This document shows positions 15,995-25,472 of a DNA stretch of 32,000 bases, piece by piece. Source of the DNA: Pseudomonadaceae bacterium (lineage in GTDB: Bacteria; Pseudomonadota; Gammaproteobacteria; Pseudomonadales; Azotimanducaceae); contig JANSWO010000008.1 of the NCBI GenBank assembly GCA_024743435.1, forward strand, positions 193,491-225,490. Direction: 5' to 3'. The translations under genes and the position numbers were made by a program. A model generated the notes under the pieces. The model searched no databases and was not told the origin of the DNA. It worked only from the letters and a program-made list of their open reading frames with translations. How positions within the stretch are numbered: the stretch's first letter is position 1; each line of letters opens with the position of its first letter.

Positions 15995-17175
15995 CGAATC
16001 GCCTCCTTATTCGCCCGCCAGCCTTGAACCGTATCTGACCAAAACTCCAGCAGCTCAGCCTTATCCTCTACTCGCAAAGAGTGATCGTAGTGCCGGCCAC
16101 CAGCCGTCTTCCTGCGAGAAGCAGGACGCTCGATCTGATCCACAAGGTCAAAAGGCGCCCCAAGCTCACAGCAATGAGTGTGAAAGGCAGTGCGGAAATC
16201 ATGGAACGTCCACGGTGCAATCTGCGCCCGCTCTGTCATACGGCGTCTGAGGGCTCCACGACTGCCATTGGAGATCTCGCCTGTCCTGGTGAAGAACCAA
16301 TCGCCAATCGGCGGGCAGTCCTCGAGCTGCGCTCGCGCCAGCTCTGGCAATTCAAGTATCTGCTCCACCTGGGTCTTCTGGATTCGGATGCGCCACCGTC
16401 CGTCCACTACATCTCGTCTGCGAATCGTCGACACATCCGACCAAATCCGAAGCGGCACCAACATCGAGAATCGAACCAACTGTTTGTAGGGGTACCGCTC
16501 ATCGCCGGCCGCATCCCAGATAGCAACCATCTCCCGAGGCTCCAGGACGCGATCTCGCACCGCCATGGGGTGGGGTTTCGGAATCCGTGCCAGTGGCGAT
16601 AGGTCGATCAGGGACCACTGCCAGGCGCGCTTAAAGAACGCGGTGAGGCTCGCATGAGCATTGTTCACCGCCGCCCGACCTCCACTGGTTGACCGCTTGT
16701 CTGCCGCAGCGGCACTTTCGACCTCATCAAGCAGCTTCTGACAGTCTGAGGGTGCGATGTCCCGGATATGGTGTCGATCCCACCGGTTTCCGATTCGCCG
16801 GCGCAGGTATCGATAGATCTCCTGGGATCGCGGCGCGAGCTTAGCGACGTGTCTGGCTTCGTAGCGTTCCCAGACGTCTGGAAACATCACCGCGTCTGGA
16901 TATGGAGCAAGACCAGCTTTAACTCGGCGCCGCACCTCTTCGGCCGCTTCACGCGCCTGAGAAAGCCCCATAGCCTCACCAGAGCCATGGTAATACCCAA
17001 TGGTGCGCATGCCTGCGCCGCGCAGCTGAAGCTCCCAAGCAAACAAGCTGCGACTGCTAACGCTCAGATAGAGCCCAGATGAGCCCTCGTCCTTGTAGTA
17101 GACCTTGCCTTTCCGCGGTGGTTGGAGCTTGCGGAGTTTGGCGTCTGTCTTAAACCGCCCTAGTACCGTTGGCAT
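15955..17175 (-). CDS. int: tyrosine recombinase / integrase (P4-type, N-terminal arm-binding domain)
   Basis: N-terminal DUF4102-like KLRKLQPPRKGKVYYKDEGSSGLYLSVS. C-terminal catalytic region with HDFRTAFHT and ...GGRHYDH (tyrosine). It is adjacent to attR. Confidence 0.9.
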   Translation of the reverse strand: MPTVLGRFKTDAKLRKLQPPRKGKVYYKDEGSSGLYLSVSSRSLFAWELQLRGAGMRTIGYYHGSGEAMGLSQAREAAEEVRRRVKAGLAPYPDAVMFPDVWERYEARHVAKLAPRSQEIYRYLRRRIGNRWDRHHIRDIAPSDCQKLLDEVESAAAADKRSTSGGRAAVNNAHASLTAFFKRAWQWSLIDLSPLARIPKPHPMAVRDRVLEPREMVAIWDAAGDERYPYKQLVRFSMLVPLRIWSDVSTIRRRDVVDGRWRIRIQKTQVEQILELPELARAQLEDCPPIGDWFFTRTGEISNGSRGALRRRMTERAQIAPWTFHDFRTAFHTHCCELGAPFDLVDQIERPASRRKTAGGRHYDHSLRVEDKAELLEFWSDTVQGWRANKEAIRWGKKNKRQPIVL

Positions 17176-17189
17176 GTATTGAAACCGCG

Positions 17190-17259
17190 CTTACCCTACG
17201 CCTTACCCTACAAAGGCATTGAAACGTACTTAAACAGGATTTAAGGGTAGTATCTACCC
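17190..17259 (+). promoter_or_regulatory. direct and inverted repeats upstream of int (candidate arm-type or operator sites)
   Basis: CTTACCCTAC at 17190-17199 and 17202-17211 (12-bp phase). Palindrome GGGTAG-TAT-CTACCC at 17245-17259. Confidence 0.3.
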
Positions 17260-17341
17260 GTGAACAACAAAAAGGCTGGTTTTCAGAGGTTTGAGATCGG
17301 GCAAGCATACGTTTTGAAACACAGTGAAATGCCTAATTTCC

Positions 17342-17398
17342 TGTGACTCCTAACGGAACTAGCCCGGTGATCTCCCCCCAGTGATCCGGGCCTTTTTT
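17342..17398 (+). repeat. attR: right copy of the 57-bp direct repeat
   Basis: Identical to 4781-4837. Includes the terminator-like hairpin and a T6 tract. Confidence 0.85.
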
Positions 17399-17404
17399 AG
17401 GTCA

Positions 17405-17660
17405 ATTTTGAATTCGCTCGCAAAGCGAGCGCATTCAAAAATGACCAGATTCAAACCTCGAGAGAGCGACAGAGCATGGCCAAGGCAGTGCGAAGCACAG
17501 CCTGCCATGTCTCGAGAGCGTCCATCCCCTATTTTGAATTCGCTCGCAAAAAAATGACCAGATTCAAACCTCGAGAGAGCGACAGAGCATGGTCAAGGCC
17601 GTGCGAAGCGCAGCCTGCCATGTCTCGAGAGCGTCCATCCCCTATTTCGAATTCGCCTCC
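17405..17660 (+). repeat. tandem structured repeat (126 bp + 113 bp + 17-bp partial third copy)
   Basis: Copy 1 is 17405-17530 and copy 2 is 17531-17643. They are nearly identical apart from a 13-bp insertion in copy 1 and a few substitutions. A partial third copy is at 17644-17660. Each copy holds a long imperfect hairpin centred on GCAGTGC-GAA-GCACAGC. Confidence 0.9.
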
Positions 17661-17700
17661 ACGACCCTCTCTATTTCCCCAGTTCTCAATAGGAAACTAA

Positions 17701-17880
17701 ATGAAAGCCCAACCAGCGCAACCCACCGAATTCACCCTCGAAGAAGTGACCGCCTGGCTCGCGGGCCTCAGCGATGAAGCTCGATCTGTCATCGAAACCG
17801 CGATCGATAGTGAGCTGGCGAGAAAGCATGAGCAGCAGCGCATGTCAGCTGAAAATCGCCATGAGGGCTTGACGCACTAG
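17701..17880 (+). CDS. hypothetical micro-protein (59 aa), paralog of island ORF 5645..5779
   Basis: Read by hand, because it falls below the ORF-track cut-off: MKAQPAQPTEFTLEEVTAWLAGLSDEARSVIETAIDSELARKHEQQRMSAENRHEGLTH. AGGAA lies upstream. Its stop overlaps the convergent ligase stop in CTAG. Confidence 0.5.
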   Translation: MKAQPAQPTEFTLEEVTAWLAGLSDEARSVIETAIDSELARKHEQQRMSAENRHEGLTH

Positions 17881-19310
17881 CGCGAAGCTTTGCCTAACGC
17901 ATCGCGCAGTCCTTCCGTCCAGCCACTCGCCCAAAACACCAGGTTTGAGCCTTTGACAAGAACGACGTCCCCGCTGGAAAGAGAATCTGCCAGCGCCTGA
18001 GTGTCGATATCTGCTGCCTGGGCATGCCATCCGAGGCGCTGATCAGCAGGCAATGCTTCATACAAATTGCGCATCTCGGGCCCAACGGCCAATACCTCGA
18101 TCCCTGCCGGCACCGAGCTGGCAAGCCCGCGATGCGCAGCCTCGCTCATCTCGCCAAGCTCAAGCATGTCGCCGACAATAGCCACCCGGCGCGAAGTTCC
18201 GGACGCTTGCTCAGGCAGGCTGGACAATGCAGCGGCCATGCTGTCCGGGTTCGCGTTGTAACTGTCGTCCACGACCGTAACCCCCCGAATATCGCTCCGG
18301 CTGCCGCGACCGGCGGGAACCAGTGATGCGGATAACTCAAGCGCTGACTCTATCGGTAACCCGGCTGCCAACATTGCCGCGACAACCGAGGCAACCGTGG
18401 TGCCACGGTGTCGCCCTCCGCCAGGCACGCTTGCTGTGATACGCCGGCCATCCACCGCAAGCTCGATACTGTCACCGGACATCGACAGGCAGCGCACTCG
18501 CGCATCCCGGCTATCACCGAAGGTCACGATCGGAAAGCCCGATGGCAGTCCTTTTGCAGCAATCTCATCATGTACAACAAATGGAGATTCAGGCTTTAAG
18601 CCACTGATAATTGATGTTTTTTCAGCGCGGAGCTCATCGATATCGACAAAGTTGCCAATGTGCGCGCGCTGCACGTTCAAGAGAATCGAAACCGTCGGCG
18701 CTGCGAGATCAGATAGCGGCCCAATCTCACCGGGATGATTGGTACCGATTTCAACCACCGCATACTTTGTACCTTTAGGGATGCTCGCAAGCGTCAGTGG
18801 TACGCCGAGATGATTATTCAGGCTGGCCGCCGACCGGTGAGTGGCGCCGAGGCAAGCCAACGCCTCCGCGAGAAATTCTTTCGCCGTGGTCTTGCCGCTG
18901 CTACCGGTGATGGCAAATAACTGCTCGCTCGCTCGTTGTCGCCCTACTCTACCAAGTGTCCAGAGGGCATCAATGCAATCGTCAACGACGAGCAGCTTGT
19001 CACCAGGCGTGCCCGGCTCGATGCCGTCGAGGGCAAAACGGGATAGACGGGATACCAGCGCCCCGGCCGCCCCTCCCGCGAGCGCAGCGGCAACGAAATC
19101 ATGCCCATCCCGAGGGCTAACCGGCACGTTGAATCGACCACCAAGATCCGCAGGAATCGCAACAAACAGATCGCCTTGGGAGATGCGTCGGGAATCGATG
19201 CAGAAGCCCAAAATATCTGGGCCACTGGCTGCGTCCAGACAAAGCGCAGCACTCAACTCAGACCAGGACCAAAGCACTGGCGCCTCTTCGGACCCTTGTT
19301 CCTTCAGCAT
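17877..19310 (-). CDS. murF: Mur ligase family protein, MurF-like (UDP-MurNAc-tripeptide:D-Ala-D-Ala ligase type)
   Basis: Motifs DSRRISQGDLFVAI, ITGSSGKTT, EIGTNHPGEI, DDSYNANPDSM, VGDMLELG and VLVKGSN. No other dcw-cluster gene is nearby. Confidence 0.75.
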   Translation of the reverse strand: MLKEQGSEEAPVLWSWSELSAALCLDAASGPDILGFCIDSRRISQGDLFVAIPADLGGRFNVPVSPRDGHDFVAAALAGGAAGALVSRLSRFALDGIEPGTPGDKLLVVDDCIDALWTLGRVGRQRASEQLFAITGSSGKTTAKEFLAEALACLGATHRSAASLNNHLGVPLTLASIPKGTKYAVVEIGTNHPGEIGPLSDLAAPTVSILLNVQRAHIGNFVDIDELRAEKTSIISGLKPESPFVVHDEIAAKGLPSGFPIVTFGDSRDARVRCLSMSGDSIELAVDGRRITASVPGGGRHRGTTVASVVAAMLAAGLPIESALELSASLVPAGRGSRSDIRGVTVVDDSYNANPDSMAAALSSLPEQASGTSRRVAIVGDMLELGEMSEAAHRGLASSVPAGIEVLAVGPEMRNLYEALPADQRLGWHAQAADIDTQALADSLSSGDVVLVKGSNLVFWASGWTEGLRDALGKASR

Positions 19311-19671
19311 CGTAAATCAACAAATAGCTTCAGCATCTCAATCAACACTCTTCTCCAGCCAACCGGCTGCGATGGTTTAGCCCAGTGTGACCCTGTCTCA
19401 CCGCGAGACAGTCCTCTACCTCAGTTGCGAGCGGGCACCCAAGCAGTTGCATTGGCTGTTCGAGTTGAGCCAGCATCGCGACGCTGACATGCTACCCGCT
19501 TGTGAGAACGCGGCACACCTGGCGTCTATCGCACGCAGCGGTACGGACCAGAGCGCTTGCATCGAGCACATTTGAAGTGCTCACTCGATGAGCAGCTTAT
19601 TTACAGGCCGTCACGTCTTTGGGTGTCGAACTAAATAGCCAATCAGAGCTTTCAAACCAGTCAAAAGGGCA

Positions 19672-21528
19672 ATGCCAGTGAGAGGTTTCTTTCGAGCAGT
19701 GGGGCGAGCATTCACGTTTGCCCGCACTGCTACGGCCAATATCATATTTCTGATCTTCATCGTCATTGTGTTGTCGATTCTGTTCGCACCGTCAGATGCA
19801 GTTCGAGTGCCAGACAGCGCGGCACTGGTTTTAGAACCATCCGGCGTGATCGTGGAGAAGGCCAGCGTCCGCGACCCAATCAGCTTGCTGACGGGCCCCT
19901 CGGCCCTACCCGAAACCGCTCTTGGCGATGTGCTCACCGCAATTGAGCGCGCCACCGATGACGACAGAATCGATACGATTGTCCTGAAGCTCGATCAACT
20001 CGCTGGCATCAACTCGACGCAGGTCACCGCCATCGAATCTGCGCTTAAGTCGTTTCGTGCGCAGGACAAACAGGTGCTGGCTTACGGCAGCTTCTTTGGC
20101 CAGCAGCAGTACCAACTCGCGAGCGCCGCTGACGCTGTCTATCTGCACCCCATGGGAGCCGTGCTCCTGGAAGGCTACGGCATCTATCAACCGTACATTA
20201 AGGGTCTGTTGGACCGCTTGAAGGTTAACGTAAATGTGTTCCGAGTGGGCACGTACAAGGCTGCTGTCGAGCCATTCACCCGGGACGATATGTCCGCCGC
20301 CGCAAGACAAAACTTCTCGGAACTGATCGCAGGCTTGTGGCAACAGGCGTTGCAGCGAATCAGCGGCAATCGATCTCTGACCACCGAGGCGGTCAACGCT
20401 TACGCACAGAATTTCCCCGGCCTGATAAACGCCGCCGGTGGCGACATGGCACGCGCTGCGATTGAAGCACGCCTCGCAGATGAATTGATGACACCCGACC
20501 AATTTAACCGGAGGGTGGCGGAGCGTGTCGGCGTCTCAAGCGAAGACGGTGCTGGCTTTGAGGGCATCACGATGACCGAGTACCTGTCGGCGACGAACAG
20601 ACCGGAGTTGCCTTCGAATAACGACAAGGTCGCCGTCATCACAGCCACGGGAACCATCATGGGCGGCGTTGATGGACCCGGGCTAATGGGTGCAGATAGC
20701 GTGATCGAACTGATTCGCCAGGTGCGCGATGACGACAGCATCAAGTCCCTGGTTGTTCGCATCGACTCACCCGGAGGCAGTGTGCTGGCGAGTGAGCTCA
20801 TTCGCCAGGAGATTGAGCTGGTTCAGCTAGCCGGCACACCTGTCGTTGCGTCTTACGCCGGGACATCGGCTTCAGGCGGTTATTGGATTTCTGCAACGAG
20901 CGATCACATCGTCGCCGCACCGTCCAGCGTCACCGGCTCCATTGGCATATTCAGCATCGTTCCGACATTGAATGAGTCGGCGAGCAGCATCGGTATCGAG
21001 ACGGATGGCGTTGGCACAACCCCCCTGTCCGGCTCGCAAAGCCTGCTGTCACCGATGACCGAAGAGTTCGCATCAGTACTGCAGAGCAGTGTTGAGCACG
21101 GCTACCAACGCTTCCTGAATCTCGTGGCCCGAGGTAGGGATATGACACCGGAGGCCGTAGATGAAATCGCGCAGGGTCGCGTCTGGCTAGGCGAACGCGC
21201 TCTTGAGCTGGGCCTGGTGGATAGCCTCGGTGACCTGGAAGATGCTATCGAAGTGGCAGCCGAGATAGCCGAACTTGGTGACGACTACGACGTGTTGCAC
21301 GTCAAGCGTAAGCTCACCCCACAGGAGCAGCTACTGGCGCAGCTTGCTGATCAAATGGGGAGCGTATCGCTCGCGCCATCTCTGCTAGGCCGCGCCGGTA
21401 CTGCCGTGAGCGTCGCCAGGTACAAAGCTGACGCCGAAGACGCGCTGGCAACGCTACTGATGGCCACCGAACGACCAACCAACATGGCGCTTTGTGAAGC
21501 CTGCCGAGTCACGTCGAACGGACGCTAA
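19672..21528 (+). CDS. sppA: signal peptide peptidase SppA, 67K type
   Basis: 618 aa with an N-terminal membrane anchor (IIFLIFIVIVLSILF). Duplicated ClpP/crotonase-like peptidase S49 halves (IDSPGGSV..., GGYWISATSD). Confidence 0.85.
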   Translation: MPVRGFFRAVGRAFTFARTATANIIFLIFIVIVLSILFAPSDAVRVPDSAALVLEPSGVIVEKASVRDPISLLTGPSALPETALGDVLTAIERATDDDRIDTIVLKLDQLAGINSTQVTAIESALKSFRAQDKQVLAYGSFFGQQQYQLASAADAVYLHPMGAVLLEGYGIYQPYIKGLLDRLKVNVNVFRVGTYKAAVEPFTRDDMSAAARQNFSELIAGLWQQALQRISGNRSLTTEAVNAYAQNFPGLINAAGGDMARAAIEARLADELMTPDQFNRRVAERVGVSSEDGAGFEGITMTEYLSATNRPELPSNNDKVAVITATGTIMGGVDGPGLMGADSVIELIRQVRDDDSIKSLVVRIDSPGGSVLASELIRQEIELVQLAGTPVVASYAGTSASGGYWISATSDHIVAAPSSVTGSIGIFSIVPTLNESASSIGIETDGVGTTPLSGSQSLLSPMTEEFASVLQSSVEHGYQRFLNLVARGRDMTPEAVDEIAQGRVWLGERALELGLVDSLGDLEDAIEVAAEIAELGDDYDVLHVKRKLTPQEQLLAQLADQMGSVSLAPSLLGRAGTAVSVARYKADAEDALATLLMATERPTNMALCEACRVTSNGR

Positions 21529-21558
21529 GGGAATCGCCTAGCACTCTCCCAACACTCT

Positions 21559-21583
21559 CCCAGCACTCTGCTCGAGTGCTGGG
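21559..21583. terminator. hairpin between convergent genes
   Basis: CCCAGCACTC-TGCTC-GAGTGCTGGG is a perfect 10-bp stem. There is no clear T-tract. Confidence 0.4.
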
Positions 21584-21635
21584 CTCGTTGAGGCGATCGC
21601 CTCTGGACTGCCGCTTGCGCCGCGCTTGGCTAAAG

Positions 21636-22199
21636 TTAAAAGAGGCGGAATCTCGGACGTGAGCCTGAACCACGACCTACGCGACGGCCGGTACGGCGGC
21701 GGCGCATTCGGGATTGCAGTTCCCGTCGTTTCACATCGAGATACTGCTTACGCGAAATATTCGAGTTTCGATTGCGCGACGCTTCTTCCTTGCGGTATCG
21801 GCAGAAATCGTCAAACGCTTCCATCTCGTGCTTCAGGTCTTTAACCACCAGCTCCACCATGATGGCGTCGTCGATGTAACCCAGCACAGGAATTTCGTCG
21901 GGAATCAGATCCGCAGGATCAGCGAAGTATTTGAGCGCAGCGAGTACATTGCCTCGCTCCTTGGCGGCAAGCGCCCACTCCTCGTCCTCAAGCATGTCGA
22001 CCAGCGACTGCAAGCGTTCAATCCGAGACCGAACGAAGGCCGGTACCGATGCCGCCTTGATTTCCTCAATAACCGCTGCGGCCTGCTTGATGACCGTGGG
22101 TTCATCGTCAGCACTCACACTGTCGCGAGCTTTCTTCATCAGCTTTCGGAAGTAGCGAAGGTCCGCATCTTCCAGATCAAACGTCACACGCAACGGCAT
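21636..22199 (-). CDS. DUF1232 (YkvA-like) domain protein
   Basis: DLIPDEIPVLGYIDDAIMV is the hallmark DUF1232 motif. The C-terminal tail is basic. Confidence 0.75.
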   Translation of the reverse strand: MPLRVTFDLEDADLRYFRKLMKKARDSVSADDEPTVIKQAAAVIEEIKAASVPAFVRSRIERLQSLVDMLEDEEWALAAKERGNVLAALKYFADPADLIPDEIPVLGYIDDAIMVELVVKDLKHEMEAFDDFCRYRKEEASRNRNSNISRKQYLDVKRRELQSRMRRRRTGRRVGRGSGSRPRFRLF

Positions 22200-22312
22200 G
22201 CCTTCCCCCTCAGTAGTAAATCAATTCGAACGCGCCAGCTGAGCGCCCCCGCACTATACCCCACCCCCGCGCTGGCGAAACCCACATTGGAGGTGATCCG
22301 CAGGTGGATCGG

Positions 22313-23980
22313 TCACGTCCGACGATGCCGCTGCCAGTATTCCGACGTGTCGCTCTTTATCTCTCTGGCCAGCAGGCATATGCCAAACAGGTTAGGCAAG
22401 GTCATGAGCGCAATCGTGATCGCTGAGATCAGCCACACCAGCGACGTATCGACAACGGCGGCGAGAAAGAACCCGAGCACATAGACTACTCGATAGGGTA
22501 GAACGGATCGGGCACCAAACAGATACGTCATCGCGCGATCACCGTAGTACGACCAGGCGAGCGCGGTAGAAAACGCGAACAATACGAGGGCAACGGTTAC
22601 CGCATCACCGCCAAACTCGCCAAAGAAACTGCGCTTGAAGGCCTCGCGCGTGAGCGGAACGGAGTGCAGCAAAGATTGGCCACTGAGGACGAGCGTTGAA
22701 TCGACCGGAGAGCCACCAGCGATCTCAAGCGAACCGGTAAACGGATCACCGTCAGCGGTTGCAACGACGACATTTTCCGCAATCGAGCGGTTGTGCAGCA
22801 CCGTGAAATCACCAGCTTGTACAGCGCCGCCGACAACGCTGATGACCCCCTCATAGGCGACGACCGGGTCATCTTCGGGCGGCGTCAGATCGAGATGAGC
22901 CGACAACTGTGCAACATGCACAGCGTTCGATTCGGCGTAAACGCCGGCGACGACCTGAGTGTCGAAGGGCTGGAATTCGTTGTCGAACTTTTCGTTCCAT
23001 ACACCCGACGACAGAATGACGACTCCGGTTAACGTACAGATGATGATGGTGTCGATGAATGGCTCGAGTATCGACACCATGCCCTCCGACACCGGCTCAT
23101 CCGTTCGCGCAGAGGCGTGCGCTATGGGCGCACTGCCCTGGCCAGCCTCGTTAGAAAACAGGCCTCGATTGACACCGCGGTTAAAGGCATAGGCGAAACT
23201 TGCACCGAGGAAACCGCCAGCAGCAGCACTACCCGTGAAGGCACCTTCAAACACCGAGATAAACGCCGGTCCAACCTCACCCAGATTCGACACCAGAACG
23301 GCCAAGGCGGCGACGGCATATAGAACACCCATTGCAGGCACGATGCGGGCCGCAACATAAGCAATACGGTGAATACCACCCAGAATGACGGCTCCAAGAA
23401 GCAGCGCAAGTGCACCACCGGTGGCCCACGTTGGCCAGCCAAAGGAGGCCTCGATACCAGCGGCCATGTTATTGCTTTGAGGCAATGAGCCCGTGCCGAA
23501 AGAACTGATGACGGTCGCGAGTGCAAACAGCACTGCCAGCCACTTCATGTTCAAGCGCCGCTCCATGAAGTACATCGGACCGCCGGCCATCTCGCCTTTG
23601 TCGTCTTTAACTCGATACTTATGTGAGAGGCTGACTTCGACATATTTGGTCGTCATGCCGACGAATGCAGTCATCCACATCCAGAACAGGGCAGCCGGGC
23701 CACCCAGGAAAATGGCGAAGGCAACGCCACCAAGGTTGCCGGTGCCGACTGTGCCGGACAGCGCGGTCGACAGCGCTTCAAAGTGGCTGGTATCTCCGGG
23801 CTTCTTGTCATCTTTGTTTCTGCCCAGCAACACCGAAAAGGCGTGCCGGAAGAAGCGAATCTGTGGGAAGCCGAGGTAGAGCGTGAAGAACAGTCCCACG
23901 CCTAACAGCAGGAAAGGGAAATAGATTGCGCTACCGAGCAGCGAATCGAGCAAGTTCAGGCCGTCAGTGAAGATATCCAT
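22313..23980 (-). CDS. alanine/glycine:cation (sodium) symporter family transporter (AGCS)
   Basis: [24 protein letters not shown] motif and multiple TM helices. The start is trimmed to ATG at 23980 ([11 protein letters not shown]...), 10 nt after the upstream gene's stop. The longer ORF would overlap the phosphatase by about 190 nt. Confidence 0.85.
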   Translation of the reverse strand: MDIFTDGLNLLDSLLGSAIYFPFLLLGVGLFFTLYLGFPQIRFFRHAFSVLLGRNKDDKKPGDTSHFEALSTALSGTVGTGNLGGVAFAIFLGGPAALFWMWMTAFVGMTTKYVEVSLSHKYRVKDDKGEMAGGPMYFMERRLNMKWLAVLFALATVISSFGTGSLPQSNNMAAGIEASFGWPTWATGGALALLLGAVILGGIHRIAYVAARIVPAMGVLYAVAALAVLVSNLGEVGPAFISVFEGAFTGSAAAGGFLGASFAYAFNRGVNRGLFSNEAGQGSAPIAHASARTDEPVSEGMVSILEPFIDTIIICTLTGVVILSSGVWNEKFDNEFQPFDTQVVAGVYAESNAVHVAQLSAHLDLTPPEDDPVVAYEGVISVVGGAVQAGDFTVLHNRSIAENVVVATADGDPFTGSLEIAGGSPVDSTLVLSGQSLLHSVPLTREAFKRSFFGEFGGDAVTVALVLFAFSTALAWSYYGDRAMTYLFGARSVLPYRVVYVLGFFLAAVVDTSLVWLISAITIALMTLPNLFGICLLAREIKSDTSEYWQRHRRT

Positions 23981-23990
23981 CAGTTGCTGC

Positions 23991-25472
23991 TCACCCACCA
24001 AAGCCGCTGAGGGCTCTTTCATTCGAACCGCTGAGGGCTCTTTCAAATCCGCTGAAGGCTCTATTAAGAACAAAGAAGATCTCGTTCTGCTCGATAACGC
24101 CGCGCAACGCAGCGCTGCCCGGGCCGGTTGCGAACGCAGCGACGTCTTCGCCAGCATGGGTTTCGACAGCCATCGGCACACCAGCGTGTTGCTGATAATC
24201 AGACTTCGTCGTATCTATCCCTGCAAGATCCTGCGGTGGGTTTCGGTGGCCCGGTCCGTTGGCATACCCCAACGTGGTGTAGGGCTGGCCTTGAGCGTCT
24301 TTCATCACGGCACCGCCGAGAGCAACCGCTTTGCCCAGGATCGGATTGCCGCGCCTCGGATAGCCCGCGATGGTCAGCGTGTGCGAGTGATCAGCAGTCA
24401 CCAATGTCAGCGTATCGGCGGCACTGGTCATCTCCTGAGCAACAGCGACCGCATCGGACAATGCGACGGTATCCGTCAGAGCGCGATACGCATTACCAAA
24501 ATGGTGTGCATGATCGATTCGGCCCGCTTCAACCATCAGAAAATAGCCCCGCTCCGCACCGTCCGGATGATTCTGCAAATGACTGATGGCCCGCGCAGTC
24601 AGTTCAGCCAGCGACGGCTCGCCACCGGGATCATCGCTTCGATCCGCATCAAAGCGCATGTGCGACGGCTCAAACAGCCCAAGCACCTGGCGCGCATCTG
24701 TCTGTTTAAGCTGGGCTGCGTTCCATACGAAAGCCCGGTCCGGCGCAGCTGCCTGCCACTCACGAGTGAGATCACGACCATCGTCTCTGGCGCCGCGCAC
24801 GTCGGGATACTCAGGATCAATCATCTCCTTGGGTAGAAATTTCTCCCGGCCACCAGCGAGCGCGATATCAACGCCGTCACCGTAGGCCATCTCGACAAAC
24901 TGGGTTGCTATGTCGATGCACCCTGCTTTCCTTGCGGCGTCTGACATATCGCTGTCCGCCTCCCAGTTGCGATCAACGGTGTGGGCGTATGTTGCTCCGG
25001 GCGTTGCGTGGGTGAGCGTTGCCGTTGACACCACGCCGGTTGCATAACCGTTTTCCTCAGCCGCTTCCAACAGCGTTTTTACCAGCGCTTTTTCTTGAGA
25101 TTGGCAGATACCGCGGGCAGCTTGGTCATCGACACCGAACACCCCCATCTTCGTTTTTACCCCGGTCATGATTGCACTCATCGTGCCAGCAGAATCGGGC
25201 ACCTGGGCGTTGGTGTTGTAGGTCTTTACCAACGCGACATTCTCGAACCGCTCGAATGACAGCGAGTTCTCTTCACCAGGCTCACCACGCTGTTGACCGT
25301 CAAAAATTCTCGCGGCTGTAATGGTGGAGATGCCCATGCCGTCACCGATAAACAGGATGACGTTGCGCGCCTTGGCCGTCGGTTCATCATCGGCTGCGCT
25401 GACCCAGCCGGCGACCAATGCAAGCGATGTGACAACACAGGACTGGGTAAATCGTTTGATTGAGAACTTCAT
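23991..25472 (-). CDS. alkaline phosphatase (PhoA family), secreted
   Basis: Signal peptide [26 protein letters not shown]. Metal/active-site motifs FIGDGMG and [12 protein letters not shown], plus DHAHH and ADHSH. Confidence 0.88.
   Translation of the reverse strand: MKFSIKRFTQSCVVTSLALVAGWVSAADDEPTAKARNVILFIGDGMGISTITAARIFDGQQRGEPGEENSLSFERFENVALVKTYNTNAQVPDSAGTMSAIMTGVKTKMGVFGVDDQAARGICQSQEKALVKTLLEAAEENGYATGVVSTATLTHATPGATYAHTVDRNWEADSDMSDAARKAGCIDIATQFVEMAYGDGVDIALAGGREKFLPKEMIDPEYPDVRGARDDGRDLTREWQAAAPDRAFVWNAAQLKQTDARQVLGLFEPSHMRFDADRSDDPGGEPSLAELTARAISHLQNHPDGAERGYFLMVEAGRIDHAHHFGNAYRALTDTVALSDAVAVAQEMTSAADTLTLVTADHSHTLTIAGYPRRGNPILGKAVALGGAVMKDAQGQPYTTLGYANGPGHRNPPQDLAGIDTTKSDYQQHAGVPMAVETHAGEDVAAFATGPGSAALRGVIEQNEIFFVLNRAFSGFERALSGSNERALSGFGG

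Larger units (their letters stand above)
4781..17398. mobile_element. integrative genomic island, phage-satellite-like (int, AlpA-like, wHTH/iterons, orphan TerS, Rhs toxin cassette)
   Basis: Perfect 57-bp direct repeats at both ends. A tyrosine integrase gene abuts the right end. Composition is visibly less GC-rich than the flanks (by eye, not computed). The flanking genes are housekeeping. Confidence 0.8.

Noticed and set aside
17476-17777. ORFs 17476..17700 and 17589..17777
   Set aside because: These are the same peptide repeated because they read through the 113-bp tandem repeat. Any coding potential is an artefact of duplication.
21714-22484. 256-aa plus-strand ORF
   Set aside because: It is antisense to the DUF1232 gene, which has a clear family motif, and runs across an intergenic gap into the symporter 3' end.
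23981-24181. 67-codon N-terminal extension of the symporter ORF
   Set aside because: It would overlap the phosphatase 3' end by about 190 nt and translates the tandem repeats. The ATG at 23980 starts right at the conserved AGCS N-terminus.
23967-24836. 289-aa plus-strand ORF (and 24128..24586, 24586..24885)
   Set aside because: It is antisense to the alkaline phosphatase gene, which has unambiguous active-site motifs.
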